A stretch of DNA of 32,000 nt from Acinetobacter wanghuae (GTDB lineage Bacteria; Pseudomonadota; Gammaproteobacteria; Pseudomonadales; Moraxellaceae), in contig NZ_CP045650.1 in the NCBI RefSeq assembly GCF_009557235.1, positions 690,001 to 722,000 on the forward strand. The letters run 5' to 3'. The first letter of the stretch is position 1; every line of letters begins with the position of its first letter. Of the stretch, positions 19,729 to 26,826 are shown piece by piece. The notes under the pieces were generated by a model. The model was not told the DNA's origin. It did no database searches and worked only from the letters and a program-made list of their open reading frames with translations. The translations under genes and the position numbers were made by a program.

Positions 19729-20349
19729 ATGAGAAAGACGCATACAAAATTAGAAGATCATATTTTTTTAGATTGTCGCATTATGGCTAAACTAGGTATT
19801 TTTCGATGTGAAAATATTGGATCTTGGGAATGGCATGATATTGACTCAAAGGAGATGCAATGTTGTATTTCATATTGGTATATATCAGATCATCAAGTTC
19901 TCAAGCTTGGTTATAGAATAGATAATGAAAAATTTAAGTATGATGTGAATGTTGTGAAAACATCATGCAACTATGGTGGATCACGTTATTGGTTTAGATG
20001 TCCATCTTGTCATAAGCATGTAGCTAAACTTTACTTTAAAGTTTGTATATTTCTATGCAGAGAATGTCATAGCTTGAACTATACCTCTCAACAGCGTTCT
20101 AAGCATAGTGTATCTAATAATGAAAATGACATAAAAATGGCTCTTCATGAGAACACTTATATCAATAACAATCCGTATATGAAATTTGAGGGTGTTCATT
20201 ATTTCACTTATACAAATTTAAAGTTTCCTGATGAAAAGTCTCAACAAAAGATAGAATCTGATATAGATGATGCTGTCATTTCTTTATTTAAGGAGTTGAA
20301 ACAAATACAAGAAAAAATTGATAAGGTAATTAATGAAGCACTTCATTGA
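19729..20349 (+). CDS. Hypothetical zinc-ribbon protein (CxxC...CxxC)
   Basis: The ORF 19708-20349 has a better RBS (GAGG) before ATG 19729. The motif WFRCPSCHKHVAKLYF...CRECHSLNYTSQQ is a four-Cys ribbon. Function is unknown. Confidence 0.55.
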   Translation: MRKTHTKLEDHIFLDCRIMAKLGIFRCENIGSWEWHDIDSKEMQCCISYWYISDHQVLKLGYRIDNEKFKYDVNVVKTSCNYGGSRYWFRCPSCHKHVAKLYFKVCIFLCRECHSLNYTSQQRSKHSVSNNENDIKMALHENTYINNNPYMKFEGVHYFTYTNLKFPDEKSQQKIESDIDDAVISLFKELKQIQEKIDKVINEALH

Positions 20350-20562
20350 ATTGATATGTCTGATCAGTTCAAAATGAGAATTACTCTAAAGATTAACGTT
20401 AGATAAAATCTTAAGAACATTCTGAGTTCAAATTAGAGAGAGCTTTATCTGAGAAGTATGACATTTATTTATTCATCTTAAGCCAAAGCATGATTGCTCA
20501 TTTATAGATAAACGTTACTATATCCCACTGATATATACATAATAATTTTCGGAATCCGATTT

Positions 20563-22144
20563 ATGACCCAAGTGCAACTCCAACAACTCCAAAAACAACT
20601 CTGGAATATCGCAAATACTTTGCGTGGCAAGATGGGAGCGGATGAGTTCCGTGATTACATTTTGGGTTTCATCTTCTTTAAATATTTATCTGAAAAATCG
20701 GTTACTTTTGCTAATGAGCTTCTCGAAGGTGAAGATATCAGCTTTTTAGAGCTTGATGAAAGTAACGAAGAGCATGTGGCATATATTGAAGAAATTAAAA
20801 AGAATGCCATTAGCGAAGTGGGCTATGCACTAACACCAAAGCAACTGTTCCATACCCTAGCTAAACGTGGTCGCAGTGAAGATAAGGCTGAGAATTTCAT
20901 CTTAGATGATCTTGCGGCAACATTAAAAGCGATTGAACAAAGCACTCTAGGCACAGATTCAGCAGATGACTTTGCCAACCTGTTTGAAGATATGGATCTC
21001 AACTCAAGTAAGTTGGGCAATACCGCAAGTGACCGTAATGAGTTAGTGGCAAAAGTCCTGAGTCATTTAGACGATATTGATTTTGATATCTCCAATACAG
21101 AAGCGGATATTTTGGGTGATGCTTATGAATACCTGATTGGTGAGTTTGCATCAGGTGCGGGCAAAAAAAGCGGGGGAATTCTATACCCCGCAAACCGTAT
21201 CGACTTTACTGGCGAAGATTGTCACCCAAGGCAAAGAGCGTTTACGCTCAGTCTATGACCCAACGTGTGGTTCAGGTTCACTGCTTTTACGTGTAAAACG
21301 TGAAGTGAAAGATGTGGATATGATTTACGGTCAAGAGATGAATCGTACCACCTACAACTTGGCACGTATGAACATGATTCTGCATGATGTGCATTTTGCC
21401 AAGTTTGACATTAAGCAAGAAGATACTTTAATCCGTCCTCAGCATCTCGATAAACGTTTTGACGCCGTGGTGGCGAATCCTCCATTTTCTGCGAAATGGT
21501 CAGCCGATCCGCTATTTTTACAAGATGAGCGTTTTAGCAGTTACGGCAAACTTGCACCAAGTTCTAAAGCGGATATGGCATTTGTTCAGCACATGCTTCA
21601 TCACTTAGATGAAAACGGGACGATGGCAGTGGTCTTGCCCCACGGCGTTTTATTCCGTGGTTCAAGTGAGGGCGTGATTCGTCAATACTTGATCGAGCAG
21701 ATGAATGTAATTGATACCATCATTGGTCTACCTGCCAATATTTTCTATGGTACGTCTATTCCGACCTGTATTTTGGTGCTGAAAAAAAACCGTGAGCATA
21801 AAGACAATATTTTGTTTATTGATGCCAGCAATGAGTTTGAAAAGCAAAAGACCCAGAACAAATTATTGCCTGAGCATTTAGACAATATTATTGGTGCTTT
21901 TGAAAAGCGTCAGAATATTGAGAAATATGCCAAAGTTGCCACTTTGCAAGAAGTGAAAGACAACGACTTTAATTTAAACATTCCTCGTTATGTCGATACC
22001 TTTGAAGCCGAAGCTGAGATTGATTTAGATGCGATTGCGAAAAAGCTTCAAGCTTTAGAAGTGGAAAGTCAAAAGACCGATGCAGTGATTGCAGATTTTT
22101 GTAAAGAGCTAGGTATTGATTCGCCATTTGTGGAGGTGAAGTAA
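20563..22144 (+). pseudogene. hsdM: Type I R-M methyltransferase HsdM split by a +1 frameshift in an A7 run (21163-21169)
   Basis: ORF 20563-21258 is an HsdM N-domain (LWNIANTLRGKMGADEFRDYILGFIFFKYLSE ... EYLIGEFASGAGKK). ORF 21137-22144 continues with AGEFYTPQTVSTLLAKIV, DPTCGSGSLL (motif I) and NPPF (motif IV). Deleting one A gives GAGKKAGEFYTP in a single 526-codon frame. Confidence 0.85.
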
Positions 22145-23397
22145 TGACTTTACCTAAGTTACGCTTTAAAGAGTTTAATGGGGATTGGGAAGCAAATACC
22201 ATTCAGCATTTTTTGGATAAGAAATTTATTCTTGATCAAATGGATGGTAATCATGGAGAACTTTATCCTAAATCCGAAGAATTTAGTTCATGTGGCATAC
22301 CATATGTGAGTGCAACTGATTTTAGTTCAGGAACATTAGATTTTTCTAAATGTAAAAGACTCCCTTTAGAACGAGCGAAATTATTTAAAAAGGGTATTGC
22401 GAAAAATGGTGATGTCCTATTTGCACACAATGCCACGGTTGGTCCTGTTGCTATTTTAAAAACGGAATTGGATTTTGTTGTACTTAGTACAACAGCTACT
22501 TATTATCGTTGCAATGGTAGTTTTTTGAATAATTATTATTTAAAAAATTACTTTGAATCTGATTTTTTTGTACAGCAATATTTTGGCATTATGAGCCAAT
22601 CGACTCGAAATCAAGTTCCCATTACTACTCAGAGAAAGCTTAGTATCTCGATTCCAATAGTAAAGGAACAAATCAAAATCGCTTCTTTTCTTTCCGCTAT
22701 GGATGAAAAGATTAGCCAACTGACTCAAAAACATGAACTGCTGAGCCAATATAAACAGGGGATGATGCAAAAGCTGTTTAGTCAGCAGATTCGTTTTAAA
22801 TCGGATGATGGTAGGGAGTTTGGGGAGTGGGAAGATAAGCCTCTCTCAGAATTATCAGAAAAAGCTATGTATGGAATGAATGCGTCAGCTACCGAATATG
22901 ACGGATTAAATAAGTACCTGAGAATTACCGATATTTGTGAAATATCTCATAAATTAAAAAGGGATAATCTGACATCTCCTAATGCTGAGTTAGGAGAAAA
23001 ATATAAATTAGGTTATGGTGATTTACTTTTTGCTAGGACTGGAGCAAGTGTTGGGAAGAGTTATCTTTACAGCGTAGATGATGGACTTGCTTATTTTGCA
23101 GGATTCTTAATAAAGTTTTCACTGAAGTTAGATTTAGTAAATCCTTATTTTATATTTGCTCAAACACTGACATCAGAATTTGATAAATGGGTAGTTACGA
23201 ACTCAATGAGATCAGGGCAACCGGGCATTAATGCAGAGGAATATTCTGGTTATATTTTTAAAGTACCTTGCCTAGAAGAACAAGCCAAAATCGCCAATTT
23301 CCTATCTGCCATTGACCAAAAAATTGAAGTCGTGGCACAGCAAATAGAACAAGCGAAACAGTGGAAAAAAGGCTTGTTACAGCAGATGTTTGTGTAG
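22144..23397 (+). CDS. hsdS: Type I R-M specificity subunit HsdS (two target-recognition domains)
   Basis: 417 aa. The start overlaps the hsdM stop (TAATG). Two conserved helical repeats are present: IASFLSAMDEKISQLTQKHELLSQYKQGMMQKLF and IANFLSAIDQKIEVVAQQIEQAKQWKKGLLQQMF. Confidence 0.9.
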   Translation: MTLPKLRFKEFNGDWEANTIQHFLDKKFILDQMDGNHGELYPKSEEFSSCGIPYVSATDFSSGTLDFSKCKRLPLERAKLFKKGIAKNGDVLFAHNATVGPVAILKTELDFVVLSTTATYYRCNGSFLNNYYLKNYFESDFFVQQYFGIMSQSTRNQVPITTQRKLSISIPIVKEQIKIASFLSAMDEKISQLTQKHELLSQYKQGMMQKLFSQQIRFKSDDGREFGEWEDKPLSELSEKAMYGMNASATEYDGLNKYLRITDICEISHKLKRDNLTSPNAELGEKYKLGYGDLLFARTGASVGKSYLYSVDDGLAYFAGFLIKFSLKLDLVNPYFIFAQTLTSEFDKWVVTNSMRSGQPGINAEEYSGYIFKVPCLEEQAKIANFLSAIDQKIEVVAQQIEQAKQWKKGLLQQMFV

Positions 23398-23406
23398 AGG
23401 GATCTT

Positions 23407-24261
23407 ATGTCTGAATGGCTGTTTCCTGTTAATCCTGATATTTATGATATAGATCGTGCTTATCATGATGCACATCAAATATGTTGGGCAAAATACGATT
23501 TTGAATTCCAAATTAATGATATTCTATTTTTATATGTGACAGAACCAATAGGAAAAATCCAATATCAATATCAAGTTATTGGTTTTATAGGTCACTCTGA
23601 CTTGCCAGAAAAAGATAGAGAATATTGGTTAGATCAAAAAGAATTAGAGGCATATAAAGGTGATTACTTTCTAATTCAACCAATTGAAAAAGTTGAGAAA
23701 GCCTCACTTTCTAGACGATATTTAGCCGAACAAGGTCTAATCACCGCAAAAGATACCTTGCAGTCGCACAAAACAACCAAATTTGTGAAAGGTAAATCTC
23801 TAGATAAGGTTGAAGCACATAAAAAATTGCTTAGTTATATTGCTGAGCAGTTTAGGAATGTTGGAGAGACCAACTATCCTGATGAAGCAGGTGTGAATAG
23901 TCCCAAATTTCTTGAAGGCAAAAAAATAACCGTCACTGTAAATGGTTATGAAAGATGCTCTAAAGCGAGAGCTGAATGTATTGCGCTTTATGGGACTCGT
24001 TGCTATGTCTGTGGCATGAGCTTTGAACATACCTATGGTGCATTTGCTAAAGATTTTATCCATGTGCATCACATCGAGCCGTTACATACTATCGCTAAAG
24101 AGTATGAAGTAAATCCGCAAAAGGATTTACGACCTGTTTGCCCAAATTGTCATGCCATGCTCCATAAAACTGTAGATGGTATTCCAATGACGATAGAGAA
24201 ATTAAAAGTTTTTTACAAATATTCTCTTAATAACCCACTTAGACAAACTTTTGAAGAATGA
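23407..24261 (+). CDS. PUA/EVE-like N-domain fused to an HNH endonuclease. Putative modification-dependent (type IV-like) nuclease.
   Basis: 284 aa. The C-terminus, CYVCGMSFEHTYGAFAKDFIHVHHIEPL...DLRPVCPNCHAMLHK, is a McrA-type HNH with two CxxC pairs. The N-terminus, WLFPVNPDIYDIDRAY...ICWAKYDF...INDILFLYVTEPIGKIQYQYQVIG, resembles EVE/PUA-like modules seen in EVE-HNH enzymes. The N-domain assignment is from pattern memory only. Confidence 0.7.
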   Translation: MSEWLFPVNPDIYDIDRAYHDAHQICWAKYDFEFQINDILFLYVTEPIGKIQYQYQVIGFIGHSDLPEKDREYWLDQKELEAYKGDYFLIQPIEKVEKASLSRRYLAEQGLITAKDTLQSHKTTKFVKGKSLDKVEAHKKLLSYIAEQFRNVGETNYPDEAGVNSPKFLEGKKITVTVNGYERCSKARAECIALYGTRCYVCGMSFEHTYGAFAKDFIHVHHIEPLHTIAKEYEVNPQKDLRPVCPNCHAMLHKTVDGIPMTIEKLKVFYKYSLNNPLRQTFEE

Positions 24262-24286
24262 AAACCTCGAAATTTGGGTAAGAGCT

Positions 24287-25384
24287 ATGCTGTTAGAAAA
24301 TAAATTGAAGTATTTTGAAGCACTACTTGAGTCTGCTAAAAAATTTAAGCAACAGCCTCGTGAAAAGACTTTCTTTGACACGGCGATCCGTAATCATTAT
24401 GAAAATCCAACGACTGAGCTATTAGAGTTCTTCTTAAATCCGCAAGAATCTCACGAGTTGGGAGATGTCTTTTGGAAAGGCTTTGCCGATGTCGTTCAGG
24501 CTGAACTAAAGCAGGATACAGACGTTTCAATGGGTCAAATTGAACGATTAGAGCGTGAATGTGTAACGCATAGCGGTAATCGTATAGATCTGATGCTCGA
24601 AACTGACTCGCATCTATTGCTTGTTGAAGCGAAGATCTATCATCACCAAAACAATCCCTTTGATGACTATGTCAAATATGCAAAGACTCGTACAAAAGGG
24701 AAAGAGATTTTAGGGCTGATTCTGAGCATTTCGGGTAAAAGTGAAGCTCTTAATTGGTATGGTATTTCTTATCAACAATTGGTAAATGCGGTACGTCCAT
24801 ATTTGGCGGAGCAGATGCTCAGTCAACCCATGAATAAATGGAACCTATTTGCTCGTGAATTCTTACTTCATCTTGAAAGCTATTACAAAATACAGAACTT
24901 AGATATGAACCGTGTCCAATTTATTTTTGATCATTACCAAGAGATTCAAGAATTACAGAAGCTCAAGACCAATACGATTAAAGAAGTTGTTGAAAAAATT
25001 AGCCAGCAATTGAATCTAATGATCGACAATTATGCCTCTTTTACCAAATATGAGTCATGGGGTGGCATCCGTTTTTATAATCATGCATGGGGCAATTTAA
25101 CAAATACAACTTTGCATATTCGCGAACATAAAGGTGAAACAATTTTTGGGGTAACAACCTATATTTTAAATTTATCTGAAGAGTTACAAGAAGAGGCGTT
25201 TCAAATCTTAAACTGTCATGAAGATTCACGTTTAAGAAATTGGAAAATAGAAAAATATAAGGGTGGAGCTGAACGTTGGTTATGTATTTATTGGGATTCA
25301 CCTGAACCAACTTTTGAAGCAATTGAAAAGTTAATACTTGAAAAAGCAAGGTTACTAGATCAGATAGAAAAGACTTTACGATAA
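24287..25384 (+). CDS. PD-(D/E)XK-type nuclease family protein
   Basis: The ORF is open from TTG 24251 and the first ATG is at 24287. The N-terminal motif is ENPTTELLEFFLNPQESHELGDVFWKGF. The catalytic-like motifs are RIDLMLE (D at 24587) and LLLVEAKI (E-A-K at 24626-24634). Confidence 0.6.
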   Translation: MLLENKLKYFEALLESAKKFKQQPREKTFFDTAIRNHYENPTTELLEFFLNPQESHELGDVFWKGFADVVQAELKQDTDVSMGQIERLERECVTHSGNRIDLMLETDSHLLLVEAKIYHHQNNPFDDYVKYAKTRTKGKEILGLILSISGKSEALNWYGISYQQLVNAVRPYLAEQMLSQPMNKWNLFAREFLLHLESYYKIQNLDMNRVQFIFDHYQEIQELQKLKTNTIKEVVEKISQQLNLMIDNYASFTKYESWGGIRFYNHAWGNLTNTTLHIREHKGETIFGVTTYILNLSEELQEEAFQILNCHEDSRLRNWKIEKYKGGAERWLCIYWDSPEPTFEAIEKLILEKARLLDQIEKTLR

Positions 25385-25413
25385 ATTAAATAGATAAATA
25401 TTGAGGGGAAGAT

Positions 25414-26130
25414 ATGGCACGGCGTAAAAAGAATGATCAATCTGGTGGTGCAGCAATTTTATATTTTGGTTTTATCCTTGTGCTATTTGTTGTTTCCGTT
25501 TCACCAATATTTATACTGTTATATGGATTGTTCTTCATTTTGAAGTTCTATTTCAAATATCAAAAAATAAATAAAAACTATTCAGACTTCTGGCTTGATG
25601 AAGAAGAGAAACAACAGTTCTTGAGAAGCTATGAAAGCTGGATTGTTTATGATGACGAAATTGAAGAATTGCACAGCCTAGCAAGACGAAATAGAGTTTC
25701 AATTAATGCAAATGGTAACTTCAGTCGTAAAAGTAAAGTGGGTAAGCAGGTACAGGATCGTTTAGATGATATTGTTCCTGAATGGCAAAGCCTGAAAGAG
25801 ACTAAAGAATATTTAGAGTATTTACCACAAAGTAGATGGAAAGAGTTTCATGGATGGGCAGCAAAAGGCTTAGGAGGGATTCTAGGCTTTGTTGCTTGGG
25901 CTTTAGTATTTGAATTTTTATGTAATGACTATAAAGTCGGAGCAGCTCAATTGTTTAAAGACTACAGTAACTTTGTGTTCTATGAAGCAGGTAACTATAT
26001 ATTTGGTTTGTCAGGGCTTGCAGCAATTATTATCTTCTTTATCACTAAATGGATTCTCGGATTATTTGCGAATGGAATGTATTCACCCGAGCCACCATTG
26101 GTTGATATCAGTAACTTAAACGATTACTAA
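25414..26130 (+). CDS. Hypothetical 4-TM membrane protein with a ~100-aa soluble central region
   Basis: 238 aa with RBS GAGGGG. The TM pairs are AAILYFGFILVLFVVSV / IFILLYGLFFILKFYF and GLGGILGFVAWALVFEFL / IFGLSGLAAIIIFFITKWILGLF. It is the last gene before the terminator. Confidence 0.6.
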   Translation: MARRKKNDQSGGAAILYFGFILVLFVVSVSPIFILLYGLFFILKFYFKYQKINKNYSDFWLDEEEKQQFLRSYESWIVYDDEIEELHSLARRNRVSINANGNFSRKSKVGKQVQDRLDDIVPEWQSLKETKEYLEYLPQSRWKEFHGWAAKGLGGILGFVAWALVFEFLCNDYKVGAAQLFKDYSNFVFYEAGNYIFGLSGLAAIIIFFITKWILGLFANGMYSPEPPLVDISNLNDY

Positions 26131-26160
26131 AAAAATCCCTGCTTAAGCAGGGATTTTTTT
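26129..26160. terminator. Bidirectional rho-independent terminator
   Basis: AAAAAAATCCCTGC-ttaa-GCAGGGATTTTTTT. The 9-bp stem is flanked by A and T runs and follows the stop of the 25414-26130 gene directly. Confidence 0.75.
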
Positions 26161-26389
26161 ACATATGGTTTCGAATATTTCCAACACGCTTGCCTTTAAT
26201 CCATTGTTTTGGATTAAATAATTCACCAGATTTATCCGCAACTAGAAGCCCAATAATGGGCGTGATAATAGCTAAAAATAAGAAGTGCGTTTGCACGACT
26301 TTCACGTCGTTGTTTTGCAGTTTGACCACTTGGCTTGATAAGTGAGATAAGGTTAATTACCCATAAAAAGGCTAATGGTAATTTGGTTA

Positions 26390-26701
26390 CTAATGCCATG
26401 AGTAATTTCCAAATGACACGATCATTATCGATATAACTATTTCTAACCATGATGCAGAACAGAACAGAATAAAAGATACAATGGAAGCAAGTGGTAGGCT
26501 GAACTTAGGGCTTCCGCCAAACATGTGGAAAATAAAAATAATACCGAAAAAAGAAGTAGGAATAAGAAAAGTGAGTCCCAGATCATCATAATCTTTGAAT
26601 ACAATGATAGTACGGTTTTTGCCTGCTCCCAAAAAAATACCAATGATGATAATGCTAAAGCCTATGAATAGACCTATATTATAGATGTTGTATCCATCCA
26701 T
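26390..26701 (-). CDS. Small hydrophobic membrane protein (103 aa). Possibly the 5' fragment of a longer disrupted gene.
   Basis: About 3 TM segments (IGLFIGFSIIIIGIFLGA, LTFLIPTSFFGIIFIFHMF, LPLASIVSFILFCSA). Two further minus-strand frames (26232-26450, and about 26159-26355) continue with membrane-like sequence up to the terminator. Confidence 0.4.
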   Translation of the reverse strand: MDGYNIYNIGLFIGFSIIIIGIFLGAGKNRTIIVFKDYDDLGLTFLIPTSFFGIIFIFHMFGGSPKFSLPLASIVSFILFCSASWLEIVISIMIVSFGNYSWH

Positions 26702-26826
26702 GAGATTCCCCTAAAAATACTTTTATACTTAAGTGTTATTCAACTTTTATACAAAAAAAATTAAAGATATAATCTTTTCATAAATTATTAATTATACAAG
26801 TATTTTATATAAGATTTGAGGGTTAA

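Noticed and set aside
21137-22144. The 335-aa ORF as an independent methyltransferase gene overlapping a separate upstream gene
   Set aside because: The two ORFs join into a canonical HsdM when one A of the A7 run is removed. They are therefore reported as one frameshifted gene.
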